Assembly: GCA_051294375.1 (NCBI GenBank)
Contig: CM119267.1
Coordinates: forward strand, 3,097,344-3,161,343
DNA: 64,000 nt
Reading direction: 5' to 3'
Source: Paraspadella gotoi
Taxonomy: Eukaryota > Animalia > Chaetognatha
Part shown: piece by piece, positions 24,601 through 37,516 of the stretch
Layout of the letters: the number at the start of each line of letters is the position of its first letter
How positions within the stretch are numbered: the first letter of the stretch is position 1
Position numbers and translations under genes: made by a program
Notes under the pieces: generated by a model
The model's input: the letters and a program-made list of their open reading frames with translations, nothing else
Databases searched by the model: none
Told to the model about the DNA's origin: nothing

Positions 24601-26878
24601 ATGATTTGGCCTTATGATCAAACTGGTAGAAAAATAATGTTTCCAGTCCCTTGCGAAGCATCAAACATTGCGTAACGCACTGTTCCTGAGAGCCGCTAGT
24701 CCAATCCACCAATATGGCCGCCGTTTGCAGCAAAAGTTGCGGAAACGATTCCAAAATCGCGTGCATCAATGACATTGCGGCAATCACGTCGTTTTTCAAC
24801 GGTAAATATTTTCTGGCGTCCGACGTCGAACAGTCTTTACTGTCGATCGACAAGTCCCAGTTGAGCGGAGCTGATCCCATTCCCAAAATCATAAAGACGA
24901 TGACTATAGTTTTCTTCGTCCTCGACTTTGTTAATCTTGGATAATAATTCTTTCGTCGTCGCAAAATGGCGGATCCGTAAATTGTAGAGATGCAGCATTG
25001 CAACAGCACAACGAACAAAATGCTTTCGCCAATGACTCGAGTCAATCGCAGTTTGGACTTGCAATACGCAAGAGATGTCTTTAAATCTGTGGCCACGTCG
25101 AACGCTTCCAACATGACGGTTGCAATCACGATTGCGAATCGAAGCATCGTAATCTTAATCTTAAAACAAATAAAGTTTTTAAAATTGAGCATAATAGAAA
25201 ATACATTCTTTTTAACTAGTTCATAATTAAATTTCTAAAATATGATGTGGGCTTCTATTTCGCAACGCAGCAACAGCCTAAACCGACATAAAACTAATCG
25301 CGTCTTGTCACGTCCGAGGGACTAACGAATGAAAGTATGAAGGAATGAAAGAAAGAACGAAAGAAGGAATGAAAGAAAGACGGAATGAAAGAAATAAGGA
25401 ACGAAAGAAAGAAGGAATGAAAGAATTAAACCGGCGTCTCTAACTATAATTTGGTAAGAGGCAATCGAACATCATCAGCAGAGTGGGAAACCAATCCCAA
25501 GTAATTATCAAAAAGAAAAAGAAAGCGAAAAAAAGAAGGGAAAGCAGAAGACTGCAGAAGAAAGCAGAAGAAAGCAGAAGATCGAACATCATCAGCAGAG
25601 TGGGAAACCAATCTCAAGCTAATTATCAAAAAGAAAAAGAAAGCGAAAAAGAAAGCAGAGAAAAGAAGAAGACTGCAGAAGAAAGCAGAAAAAAGCAGAA
25701 CCGATCGAATATCATCAGCCGAGTGGCAAAACCAATCTTTATTAATTATTAAAAAGAAAAAGAAAGCGAAAAAGAAAGCAGAGAAAAGCAGAAGACTGCA
25801 GAAGAAAGCAGAAGAAGGAAGGTGGATCTACGACTCGTTGAATCACTAGTATGAGTTGTCGGGCATTGAAATAATTTTCATTAGCCGATAAGCAAGACAT
25901 TTTCTGTCGCGACTCGATGGCTCATTGAGTCAATTCAATGAGTAATACCGTCAAGACCATTACGTACCGAGATCGATCCCCAATAGTACCGAGATCGATA
26001 CCCAATTGTACCGGGATCGATCCCCAATTGTACCGGGATCGATCCCCAATTGTACCGAGATCGATCTCCAATTGTACCGGGATCGATCCCCAATTGTACC
26101 GAAATCGATCCCCAATTGTACCGAGATCGATCCCCAATTGAACCGAGATCGTTCCCCAATTGTACCGGGATCGATCCCCAATGGTACAAGGCCTACGGGA
26201 TAAGTCAGGACGGCCGTAAACCGCCTTGGGGGCGTGGAAAACCCTCAAGCCTTGTTCCAAGCCCATGACCCGTTCCAAGGCTGCTAGAGGGGGTTAAAGA
26301 AGTTGCGGATAGAACTCTTCAGCACACTTAGCGCCTTATCCACACATATATGCTGCACTGCTGCAGGCCGGTTACCTGGTTACCCAATTCGTCCCACGTA
26401 ACTTTAGAAGCTCCACCGGACAAGAACCGGCGTGCAAGAAACACTGACGTTATTTTATTTTTTTTTGCCACCAAGAGCGAGTTGAATAGTTGGTGCATTT
26501 TAATCAACTACGTTTCGTTAGACAACCTTACCCATCGCAATTAACCTTACCTTTGCCAACCGATCTTCCCTTACCCTTCCCTCTATTCCTCACCCATTTA
26601 TCGCCAAAAACGGCGGCGGCGGCGGCGTTGGATAATCCCACGGCGCCATCGGCTAACGCGGACGACGCCGTCGAGGGATCCCGGGTTCGAGTCCAGAGCG
26701 TCGTCGCGTCCACGAAGACGATTTTGTTTCTCTCCTCGAAATTTCTGTCGACGAAAAATCTCATCGTCGTCTCGTTGTCGAAATCGTCGTTGTAGTCGTC
26801 GTCGTTGGCGGTCTCGACGTCGGCGTCGATGTCGGCCAAGTCGATCAAAGCGTCGGTCAAATTCTTCGTCGAATTCAT
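21633..26878 (-). CDS. 3-exon ~253-aa membrane protein, C-terminus CD225/dispanin-like
   Basis: Exons 26878-26594, 22322-22196 and 21982-21633 join in frame with canonical GT/AG sites. Hydrophobic segments are present, and PLGVAAAVNAVAAAHAGRDAAAQCYS resembles the CD225 PLG..A..YS.....GD..A...S pattern. The gene is well supported; the family call is tentative. Confidence 0.7.
22469..25192 (-). CDS. Intronless 907-aa polytopic membrane protein, XK-related (Xkr) family-like
   Basis: A 2.7-kb stop-free ORF in AT-rich DNA. SLMHAILESFPQLLLQ matches the XK-family E..PQL.LQ motif, followed by IISVVVSTVSLS and many TM segments. Confidence 0.78.
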   Translation of the reverse strand: MLNFKNFICFKIKITMLRFAIVIATVMLEAFDVATDLKTSLAYCKSKLRLTRVIGESILFVVLLQCCISTIYGSAILRRRKNYYPRLTKSRTKKTIVIVFMILGMGSAPLNWDLSIDSKDCSTSDARKYLPLKNDVIAAMSLMHAILESFPQLLLQTAAILVDWTSGSQEQCVTQCLMLRKGLETLFFYQFDHKAKSWGVGRVGSDDLFCRRNGFLILFNRNGSAQWLDETCSCAVLTSKGDWLKYACSWKITSYWSIISVVVSTVSLSKVTATQRNLQISRFFASNPNFGKFCLLLGIAQGCLGTSICLYIIYVKSIRNCAYFIFGAPLVILRVVTPADFKQYIELLKKTLSLNHPRKTWGIQIRPFQSLTTILLSLVWISIFYQIEKHLNIRDFVYLGKNPFKNVDTKKIDWGLANLEFDLTPELAFYSNVWNSSAKKFDVHCFKVEGLIDKEKWTRAEIHLDRSISIDPCVDPEQFDRRSGKSRDEINPPLRSAKAHAVLKFGNYQILLPNYSTLLYFALIEMSLGFYYYLNILLLTKYFWKYFFLLSTFLLVLIVLIADIYLIFEYEDGFAFMKKHLMRYSLKEHGPCVFKEKGYSWYNYKSQAYCSKFRQQKNNILQKKSQVYSFTRIFEIFPIVILSLIFVYFCTVLVTVINRFFSSENGTCRVIHQSSFISFALVLFIPTFLLLNLKVGNENKDLLRSLQLNCNKRYSTNDNKYSATEWSNLHKNIYAAIILCENYNYVLFISTLPPSAFVFSHAAGFFNRKSSKIISKACLTLLIFFTWSIYLAFSRNPNREKIKYSSNIYDERKQRSVRSEILDYGFESRAPVFYNIFPLSLILYFCRQEIERPHDFKTYNIVDIRINLKMTVENFWKNVERESNEFYLVEHLIIIIISFFLLLWHLV
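25464..25815 (+). repeat. ~120-bp tandem repeat, 3 copies
   Basis: ATCGAACATCATCAGCAGAGTGGGAAACCAATC plus a purine-rich tail recurs three times. Confidence 0.85.
25963..26186 (+). repeat. 22-bp minisatellite, ~10 copies
   Basis: Unit GTACCG(A/G)GATCGATCCCCAATT. Confidence 0.95.
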
Positions 26879-27459
26879 GACTTTGTCGGTCAAATTGTTT
26901 TTTTTTTTGTTTTTTTTGTTTTTTTTTTTTGTCGGCGAAGTTCGTTAGGAGGAGTATTTTAATATCAAATTGTTCAATTTATTTCCTGATATTTAATCGT
27001 CAGTTGATATATAAATATATATATCGATAATTGATTAATGGAAAGAGAGAGAATGATTAATTAATAAAACCGTAGCGTACTGTAGCAGTAGCGCCATGTT
27101 ACAGGCGTGTTAATCGACTCCGCAAACTGCAAGATTTGGAACCGGGATAAACCCGTCGGAGATGCGAATGTAATTTGCATCCGGCTGTCAACGAATTGTT
27201 GGATTTTAATTCACTGATTAATAATTGATATAGTTCTAAACGATTACAATATATAAGCGAGCATTTGAAAAAATATACATATAACTTTTAACTAAATGCG
27301 CTTCGTTGTAATTTTATTTTTTGGATTATATAGAAATTTGGTTTTGTCGTTTTTTAGCAGCGAGTGTTGGAGCTCGATTGACTGAGCGTGGATTCAAATG
27401 TGGCGAAGGCGAACGAAGCGAAGTGAACAAAAAAAAGGTCAACCATTAATGACGGTTTT

Positions 27460-27652
27460 TGGGGCTCTATTTTCCCAGAACGCCCCATTTTATCTTAAAT
27501 TCGAAATCAGGTCAATTTTTTTTAGTTAATATTTAGGATAGAGATGAGGATTAAGGATGAAGGTTAGGGATAAGGGATGAGGGTTAGTGTTAGGGTTAAT
27601 TTTAAGGATTTGCTTCTAAGTTTAAGATTAAACTCGACAAAAAAAAGAGCCG
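27460..27652. mobile_element. MITE family F, degenerate copy
   Basis: Left TIR GGGGCTCTATTTTCCCAGAACGCCC, internal GGTTAGGG-like runs, decayed right end. Confidence 0.55.
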
Positions 27653-27964
27653 TTTTTTTATTTTTCAAAATTCGCCCGTCATTCCACCGACCTAAATCCA
27701 CCCAAATTCAATTCGCGGAATTTATTTGTTTACTTTTTTAACTTTTTAATTTTTGTTTTTCGTTTTTTGTTTTTATTTTGTTATTTTTTTAATTCCTCAA
27801 AAAAAATTGACCTCGTCGTCCGATCTTTTTTTTTTTTGGCCTTTCCCAACAGTAAAGCTTACCACAAGGCTGACCACAAGGCTAACCACAAGGCTAACCA
27901 TAAGGCTGACCATAAGTGACCACTCACCAAAGCACGACTAAAAGGCCAACATATTTTGAGTTGA

Positions 27965-28130
27965 GTATGTCGGTATGTCTGTCTGTCGGTCTGTCCCACT
28001 TACATTAAAAATGCACATAATTTGCCTATACTGCTATAGTTAGTTGTTCATTTGTTAAGACAGAAAAAAACTTAAATCTAAGGGACTGCTAGCGCCGCCT
28101 TCAGGAATTCCTAAAACTATAAAGAATAAA
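27965..28130. mobile_element. DINE-1-like element (family B), internal fragment
   Basis: GTCTGTCCCACTTACATTAAAA...CTAAGGGACTGCT...AACTATAAAGAAT matches the other copies. Confidence 0.7.
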
Positions 28131-29934
28131 ATCTTTTTACCCCAAAAAATAGACGTCGTCGTCGTCGTCGTCGTCGTCTTTGTTGTTGTTGTTATCGTCG
28201 TAAAATTGCTTCAAAAAAGAAAAAAGGGTCGTGGATGAGAAGCGAAGATAAATTTAAAATTCATGAATCGATTTCGACTCTAGATTCGCCGCTGGAGACG
28301 AAACGACTTTCCACGTTCATCCAATCAATTTATATCTCATCAACTCATCTTCTCGGTTCAACTTCTTATTTCTTACACTTCTATACAAATCGCCCTTCTC
28401 ATACCCTCGTCTCCTTTCTCATCCTCTCATCTCTTGTCATTTCTCAACAAATCTCCCATCTCAACCTCTCATTTCATGACTGAATTAATCTTCCTTCTCA
28501 TGCGTTCATCCCTTCATTTTGTCTCATCTTCTAACTTTTCTATTTCCTTCTTTCTTCTTCATCTAAACTCATCTCTACTCAACCTCTCAGATCAATTCCT
28601 CATCATCGTCTGGAGATGAATAGAGATGAATAGAGATGAATAGAGTTGAATAGAGATGAATAGAGACGATCTCCATCAGCGTGTAAACTGTTTTGAGTGC
28701 GAATCTCGCGTGCGACTCCCAGTTTGTCTGCGTGCGAGTAGGACGCGGGACGTCAACGACGACGACGACGACGCGTCCGTGGTTGCGTGGCGACGCGCCA
28801 TCCGATGCTCATAGGCGCCGTTTCTAAGAGATCGCGCGTGAGGGAACCGGGGCGCGCGCACACACGAGGTACACGCGCGCTCGCACGTGGTCGACACGCG
28901 CTCTTCGTTTTTATTTCCGGTCGAAGTGAAAATCAGTCGAGCGAAAAAAAAATCTTTTATGAAATTTTGATCGGGGATTAAATTTTTTTTCCTCAATTTT
29001 TTATTTGGTATATTTTGTGATTTTTTGCTTTTTTTTTGCTATGGCGTCTGAATTTTGTGAAAAAAAAAATCTTAACAGAAAATGAAAAACAGAATTCAGG
29101 TTTAAGTAACAATAAATGCGCTTCGTAAACAAAATATTAACTACCAATCGCACATTCACAATTCCATTATCTCTTGGTAATCTCAATTATTTTAAACCTA
29201 AAGTAAAACAACCCAATAGCAAAAAGAAATTAAAAAAAAAATATCACTTTGTTTTAAAAATCTGTCCAAAACAAAAAATGACTACGATAAAAATTGTAGA
29301 TTAATATTAAAGAATTTAGTTTTTTTATTTTGACAACAACAATGAAACAAAAAATGAAAAATAAACAAACAAACATCAAAATAATAAACTATGTACTATA
29401 ATAAAAAAACCTTAAAATTTAAAGATTTAGCCTTGAATTTTAACAAGGACTTTTTTTCTCCACGAATCGCGATCGACCGAAAATAATTAAGGCGAAACAA
29501 ATTCACAACTCAATGGAAACACTTGGTCCGTCCGTCCGTCTGTCCCACTTACGTTTAAATGCGCTTCACTTGGGTAGTACTGAGTCATTTAATTATTAGT
29601 TTTAATTATTAGTACGATGAGACTCTTTTGGCGCATATGGCTGAATACTATACAGTGTATGCTTTACAGTATACAGTGTATAGTTCTAAGGTCACGTGAT
29701 CGCTGTGAATTTGAGTCAATGCAAAGAACTGAGGTAATACTGAGCTATACATTTAAATACGTAACAGGAAGCTAATGTATCTGGTGGTCACGTGATATCT
29801 TCAGAACGCAATCACGTGAATATAACGTTAAGAACTGCGGAGAAACTAAAAAGTCTAAATGGACTTTTCGCTTCTTGTAATTTTTACTTAGGAATCTAAG
29901 AGAGTATTTCTCAGAAATCTAAGTTTCCTTTGAA

Positions 29935-30244
29935 AAGAAAAAAGAACGGTAATTCCAATGTGTTGCACCGCAGTGACTTTATTTTCACATGATATGACAT
30001 GACATGACTAAAAAACTTTCTTAGCTCGTGTATTTATGAAATGCACAGCATCCAAATATCGTCTTTTATTCCTTATAGTTTTAGGATTTCCTGAAGGCGG
30101 CGCGAGCAGTCCCTTAGATCTTAACAAATGAGCAATTAACTATGGGCAATGTAAGTAGGAGAGGCCGACGGACAGACATACCGACAGACCGACCGAATAG
30201 TGACTTATAGAGTTATTCGCGAGTACTCGCGGCGCAACTAAAAA
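29935..30244. mobile_element. DINE-1-like element (family B)
   Basis: Colinear with 9308-9644, including the (GACM)n microsatellite and terminal stem-loop. Confidence 0.75.
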
Positions 30245-30359
30245 TGAAGAAAAAAAAAGGAAAGGAAAAAAAGAGAAAAAATCGATTTGACCGAAAGTCT
30301 TGTGGTCGACCCCCTGACGTCTTTGCGATTGAAACCGCTGTAAGAAGACGCTCCCCGGT

Positions 30360-30487
<128 letters not shown>

Positions 30488-30589
30488 TAGAACAGCGGGA
30501 GTGATCAGAGATGCTATCAAGAGGGGATGGCAACTGCAGGGGTGGAATCAGATTGTTTGTCCTTTCTTCGATGACGTCATTAATTCCGG

Positions 30590-31780
30590 GTTTTTCTTTT
30601 CTTTTCTTTTCTTCCTTTTATTTTTTTTCCTCCTTTTTCCTCCTTTTCTTTTCTTTCCTCATTATCTTTCCTTTCCTCTTTTTTCCTTCTTTTCTTTTCT
30701 TTTTAATTTTCTTTCCTTACCTCATTTTTTTCTTTTCTTTCCCCTTTACCTCCTTTTCTTTTCTTTCTTCCTTTTTCCACATTTTTTTCTTTCCTCCTTA
30801 CATTTTTTTTCCTTTCCTCATTTTCCTCCTTTTTTTTTCTTTCCTCGTTTTCCTCATTTTCTTTCCTCCTTTTTCCACAATTCTTTTCTATCCTCTTTTT
30901 ATTTTCTTTCCACCTTTACTTTTCTTTCATTTTTCTCATTTTATTTTCTTTTTCTTTCCACCTTATTTTAAACTTTTCATTCTCCCTTTGTTTTTCTCTT
31001 TTCCTTTCTCACAAAGTTCTCCTTTACCCTTTTTCCCTTTTCTTTCTTAACTTTCTCCTTTGTTTTTTAATTTTTCCTCCTTTTCCTTTGCTTCCTCCCC
31101 TTTTCTTTTTTTGTCTTCTCCTTTGCTTCCTCCCCTTTTCTTTCTTTGTCTTCTCCTTTGTTTCCTCCCCTTTTCTTTCTTTGACTTCTCTTTGTTTCCT
31201 CCCTTTTTCTTTGTTTCCTCCCCTTTTCTTTCTTTGTCTTCTCCTTTGTTTCCTCCCCTTTTCTTTCTTTGTCTTCTCTTTGTTTCCTCCCCTTTTCTTT
31301 CTTTGTCTTCTCTTTTTTTCCTCTCTCTTTTCTTGTTTCCTCCCCTTTTCTTTCTTTGTCTCTCCTTTGTTTCCTCCCCTTTTCTTTCTTTGTCTTCTCT
31401 TTGTTTCCTCCCTTTTCTTTCTTTGTCTTCTCTTTGTTTCCTCCCTTTTCTTTCTTTGTTTCTCTTTGTTTCCTCCCTTTTCTCTCTTTGTCTTCTCCTT
31501 TGTTTCCTCCCTTTTCTCTCTTTGTCTTCTCCTTTGTTTCCTCCCCTTTTCTTTCTTTGTCTTCTCTTTGTTTCCTTACCTTTTCTTTCTTTGTCTTCTC
31601 TTTGTTTCCTCCCCTTTTCTTTCTTTGTCTTCTCTTTGTTTCCTCCCTTTTCTTTCTTTGTCTTCTCTCTTTGTTTCCTCCCCTTTTCTCTCTTTGTCTT
31701 CTCCTTTGTTTCCTCACCTTTTCTCTCTTTGTCTTCTCCTTTGTTTCCTCCCCTTTTCTTTACCTCATTTCATTCCCTCC
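30590..31780 (+). repeat. 1.2-kb polypyrimidine tract including a ~35-bp minisatellite (TTTGTTTCCTCCCCTTTTCTTTCTTTGTCTTCTC)
   Basis: Seen directly; it is the source of several spurious ORFs. Confidence 0.9.
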
Positions 31781-32026
31781 AAATTTATCTCCTTCTCCTC
31801 GGTCCTCCGCAGACATTCTCCTAATTAGTCTCGACTCTTTCCTCATCGCCGTTTCCGCCCCTCCCCCCACCGCCCCCCTCCGCCCCCCATCGCCCCTCTC
31901 CGCCCCCCAACCGCCCCTTCACGTCTCCTCCTTTTCTCTATTAATCTTTTCTCTCGCTTCTACTTTTTTTTTTTTAATCAGTCAACGACGTAATAGAAAA
32001 CCCGTCAGAATGTCGCTAGATACCAT

Positions 32027-32133
<107 letters not shown>

Positions 32134-32774
32134 CTCTTTTTATTTTATCTCTTCGAATTCTATAAAATTATAATGAATAATATAAATAATAATTCTTCGA
32201 GTCGTTTAGCATATTTTGATTCTACATATTTTGTTCCCCTTTGCCTTTGGTTTTGATTAAATTCAATTAATTCTTTTACTTTTTGCTACCCTTTTCTTTT
32301 TTTTTAAATTTTCATATTTTGTTATAGAGGGTTTCTAAAAAAACATTTTTATTAACACTTTTATAAATTCTAATATTTTTAAATACCCCCCATTATTTTT
32401 TTTTAAATATAAAAATTCCTCACAATAATTTGATAATTATTTTCTTGTCCGAAAAACGATGGAATAACCTCAATTTTCGCCATTTTTTTAAACAATTATT
32501 ATTATTATTATTTATTATTTGTTCACTCATGTGATTTCTAAATTTCATCTTTCTTTTCAATCATTTTTTTCATTTTTTCTCTCATCAGATATTTTTTCGT
32601 CGTCGCCTTCCGGTTTTCGATTCGGCCTTTTCATTTCTTTGGCCTTTCGATTCTAGTGGCCTCTTGACTCGATCGGCCTCTTAAAACTCATTTGGCCTCT
32701 CAACGCGAACAACATTAACCATCAAGACCTTTTCTCATTTACTTTTGTATCGCACTGCAAGTCACACGGCTGTA

Positions 32775-32970
32775 CTTTCCGATCGGTACTTCTTTGCGAT
32801 CGGATCTACTTTCCAATCCGCTCTACTTTCCAATCCGCTCTACTTTCGGATCGACTCTACTTTCCAATCCGCTCTACTTTCCAATCCGCTCTACTTTCGG
32901 ATCGACTCTACTTTCCAATCCGCTCTACTTTCCGATCGGCTCTACTTTCCAATCCGCTCTACTTTCCAAT
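32775..32970 (+). repeat. 17-bp minisatellite (CTCTACTTTCCAATCCG variants)
   Basis: About 11 tandem units seen directly. Confidence 0.9.
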
Positions 32971-33444
32971 AAGCCTCACGTCCCAATTAGCTCGACGCTT
33001 CAGTCTTTATTTTACGCGATCTTTCCATCATCTGCTTTTTCTCCATCAACTTCCGTTTCGCTTTATCTCCATCATTATCGACTCCTTCGCCTTCAACATC
33101 ATTTTTAGGTCGAAATTCTCTCCTTAATTTCATCCTCTGATTTGACCTTCTCACCGCGCGATTTCCGCTTCTCACTTTTCTTATTTCCGCTTCCAACCAT
33201 TCGACGCGACTTGCTTCAAATTCTCTCGGGGGGGGGAAAAAAAACCCAATTATATTTTTCGTGAGAAATGAGAAAACGAAAGAAGAAGTGAGAAATTAAT
33301 TTTAAACTTCGTACAAAAAGTAAACCAATGAACAAAATAAAATTCGATAGCGAAATTTCGATGTCGCCGATTACGAGGACGACGACGACGACGACGACGA
33401 CGAATCGATCTACGACGATCGATCGATTGATACTTCGAGATCTG

Positions 33445-33458
33445 GTTGCCATGACGAC
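33445..33458. promoter_or_regulatory. RFX X-box-like site ~190 bp upstream of the RASL10-like ATG
   Basis: GTTGCCATGACGAC vs consensus GTTGCCATGGCAAC. Confidence 0.4.
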
Positions 33459-33642
33459 CTTTGTTTTCGATAAACCGACTTCGCTCGTTCCTTCATCTCT
33501 CCGCTCCATCAAACTGTTCGTCGCTCCTCTATTGATCTTTTCCGCTCCAGCGTTAGATTAAGAAAACTCCACTCCCGCCTGGACACTTCCGAGGAAGGGG
33601 TTGGAGGCGGAGACGGACCAGAGGGCGGCGCAGGATCGAAGG

Positions 33643-35556
33643 ATGGCGGCGGAGTTGGCGGTCAACTCCGATGAAGAATCAACCATTTCCGAAGTTCAGA
33701 TCAGACAGGTGCGGGCTGGTGCGGACGTGAGGATTAAAATGTGGATGTGAACGATGATAATGTGGTGAATGAATGAATTATGAATCTAGGGAGTGGGACA
33801 TAAAGTTAGAGTATACCATTGAAACGGTTCATAAAAAAATTATAACAACTCTTTGATAGCGAAGCCGGGTGCTCCGGAAATTATTAATCATTCATAACAA
33901 GATTGCGAGAGAGCTTAAAAGCTTGCAGGGTCCTTGCAGAAAATGTTGTAGCTTTAGCGAACTGGCGACAAAACGAGAAACGTCCTAAAACGAGGTGAAA
34001 CATCTTTAACAGTCATGTTATCATGTCATCATGTTATCTTGTCAGAAGGATGAAGGCCTTAACCAACCATTGTCAAAGTCGGGGGGCAAGATAGCTTATT
34101 TATTGAATGAATAAATAAATAAGTTGTACTAATTTCATATATATGGATTTACACTATAACCAAAACCTGTCGAGACGTGTTGAAGTCAAAGTCACTATAT
34201 TTTTACCCCGGGGGGCCCTCATCCTCTTTCCCTTCCCACCCGCCCCCCCCCGAAACGAAAACCTCTTTTCTCCCCCCCCCTCAGGTGAAGATCGCGATCC
34301 TCGGCGCCCCAGGCGTCGGAAAGTCTTCGCTCGTTCAACAGTTTCTCTTTAACCAGTGGAGCCCGGATTACGTGTCGACCAAGGACAGACATTTCTATTA
34401 TCCTTCAGGTATGAATTATTACTAATTTGAATTCGATTACTTACTGATTAAAAATTATATTTGAACGGTAAGAGAGAGAAAGGCGGAAAGGGGCGATTTA
34501 TGACCAGTTAATAGTTAAGATCTACAAAATAAAGGAGGTATATACATTATACAATTAGTTAAGATATCAGACTTCGCTCTCAGACTACGCTCTTGCAACA
34601 ATAGGGCGCCGAAAAGCGAATCATTTTTGCAACAGTAAAACGATGAAATTCCAGCCACTTTTGCAACAGTAAGGCACGGAAAATAGAACCATTTTTGCAA
34701 CAGTAAGACGCAGCAAATCGAAACTACTTTTGCAATAGTAAGGCCATCTATAAAAAAATCCTTCCCGCCATCATAAATGTTTCAGTCTAAAAATAAAAAT
34801 TGATTCGATATAAATGAATGAATGAAATAGAAATAGAATCAAATCGATTTTCTGTTTTGATTTTAATTAATTTAATTATTTAATTAATTTAATTATTAAT
34901 TATTTAATTAAGAACCAAAAACGTATAATATCTATACAAAATTCTTATAAAGCTTGAAAAGTTAAATGAAAGTTAGTACTACAATTTTTTCAAATTTTGA
35001 CAATAAATTGGTTAAAAATAGAAAAAACCTTAAATAATCATCATCATCATCATCATTGGCTGAATTTTATAGTTTTTTAAAATTTTCATTAATAAAACAA
35101 AAAAATTTTAAAAAGTTGAATTAATAACCTTTATCTAACTTTTAAAGCTTCCGTGCGCTTATCGATAAGCTATATTTAAAAAAATTATTTTCATTTTCAT
35201 ATTCTCTAACAGTCACTTAACCATTATTTATTTGAGCGAACTTCTAGTTTTCAACCTGTTCCGGCCTACTCTCCCCTTGTCTATCCTTCTCTCTATCCAT
35301 CCTCTATGCTCCTTTCTATCCATCCTCTCTACTCCAATAAAGACCTCAGCCCCGGCCTGTGTACCGACCCTCGACTCTCTCGAGGATAACCTCCCGACTC
35401 GTAACCGCGTTGACCGCGCCACTCCGTTGCCGGCAATTTGCAATAACCTCCGCCAACTGCCGATAACGCCGTCCGGTTTATTGCGTTTTTTCCGTTAAAA
35501 CCGCTCAATTTACGGGGGAGAGAGAGAGACCAGAGTGAGAGAGAGAGAGAGAGAGA

Positions 35557-35633
<77 letters not shown>

Positions 35634-37456
35634 CGTTCGGGTGAGATTGAGAGGGAGTGAACCAAGATGGAGAGGAGGGCTAACCCGGATATAAAAATGG
35701 GGCAAACCCGGATGTGAGCGACAAAAATATCCGCGTTGTTCGCTTTTTTTTTTTAGTTGCGCCGCGAGTACTCGCGGAGCAACTCTATAAGTCACTTTTC
35801 GGTCGGTCGGTCCGTCGGTCGGTATGTCTGTCCGTCGGTCTGTCCCACTTACATTAAAAACGCTTATAACTTGCCGATAGTTTGTTGCTCATTTGTTAAA
35901 AATCAAATCTAAGCAACTACTGGCGCCGCCTTTTGTTTTTAAAGAAATCTTATAAACTATAAAGAATAAATGATATGATAAGTAAAAAGAAAAGTAATGC
36001 GGCGCAAAACCTTGGAATAACCGTTCCTTGTTTTTTAAATTATCGCGCGTTAGATCGAGTTACGATGGCGAAAAAAACGCGCGCGCCGTGTTTACTAACG
36101 GCCGGCCTCTCCATCCAGTATTACAAGGAGGGGAGGAAGTCGTTTCAAAGTCATTTCTAGTGCGTCACGTGACCTAAACCGTCACGTGACCCTGACCCCT
36201 TTTTCTGTCCCGTGACTTCGGCCCGATCATCTTTCGTTAGGGTTACTTGGGCAGTGGATTGACGCTAATGGTCAGGTGACTAAGGCCGTCACGTGACGCC
36301 TTTTTCAGTCACGTGACCATTAAACCCCCATTTCCATCACGTGACCTCGTCTCTCCGGATGACTTGAGATCGGAATCCGAATGACCTTTTTATTTCTCGT
36401 CCATCGACTTGTCCGTCCGTCCGTCCGGTTCATTCGCTTCTTCTTCTTTTTCATCTCCTTTTCTTCTTCCGCGATCTCCTTCCCTTTTAATTTTCATGTG
36501 TCTCCTTCCCCGATCTCCTTTTTCCATATTTCTTCTCCTCTTCCTTCACCCCAGTCGACATTCTACTTACCCCCCTTTTCTTTCCTCCCATCCCCCGTCC
36601 TTTCCTCGTTTGTTTCCTTTCCTCCTTTAATCCTTCCTCCCTTCCTCCTTCCTTTCCTCCTTTTCGCACCTCTTTTTTTAATTCCTTTCCTTCCTTTCCT
36701 TCCTTTCCTTCCTTTCCTTCCTTTCCCTTCCTTCTCCTCCCTTTCCTCCTCCGTTTCTCCTTCCTCTTTCCTTCTTTCTTCCTTCCTCCTTTCCTCCTTT
36801 CTCTTTCCTTCCTTTCTCCTTCCTCTTCCCCTTTCATTACTCCTTTCCTCATTCCTTTCCTTCCTTTCCTTCCTTTCCTCTTTCCTCTTTCTCCCTTTCA
36901 TTACTCCCATTCCTCATTCCTTCCTTCCTTTCCTTCCTTTCCTTCCTTTCCTTCTTTCCTCCTTCCTCTTTCCTCCTTTCATTACTCCTTTCCCTCATTC
37001 CTTTCCTTCCTTTCCTTCCTTTCCTTTCCTTTCCTTCCTTTCCTTCCTTTCCTCTCATCTCTTCCTCCACACATCTCCATCTCCTTCAAACCAATCCCTC
37101 CACTTTTCTTTCTTCTCTTTCCTTCTTTTCTTTTTTTTTTTTGACCTTGGATCTTTCTTTATTTCCCCTCCGCGATTTCTTCAATTTTTTTCGTGTCTTC
37201 TCTCCATTCATCTTCCTTTTCTTATTTCTTTTTTTTTTTCCGGTTTTTTTTGATTTCTCCCCCCCAATCCCCCCCACTCTCCTCTCCCTCACCCCCCCCC
37301 TTACTGTCCATCCTTTATATTGTTCGCCTCTACTGTGGCGGCCTCCCGAGGGAGAAAAAACTTTTATTTCTGGTTCGATTCTCTTTCGACAAAAAGAAAC
37401 ATCGATTCCCCCGCGGATGTGATTGTCGACGACTTTCTCCTTTTTTTATTTTCTCA

Positions 37457-37516
<60 letters not shown>

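Noticed and set aside
32987-33196. Divergent minus-strand gene upstream of RASL10
   Set aside because: Short charged ORF with no recognisable motif and no linked exons; may simply be RASL10 5' UTR or promoter.
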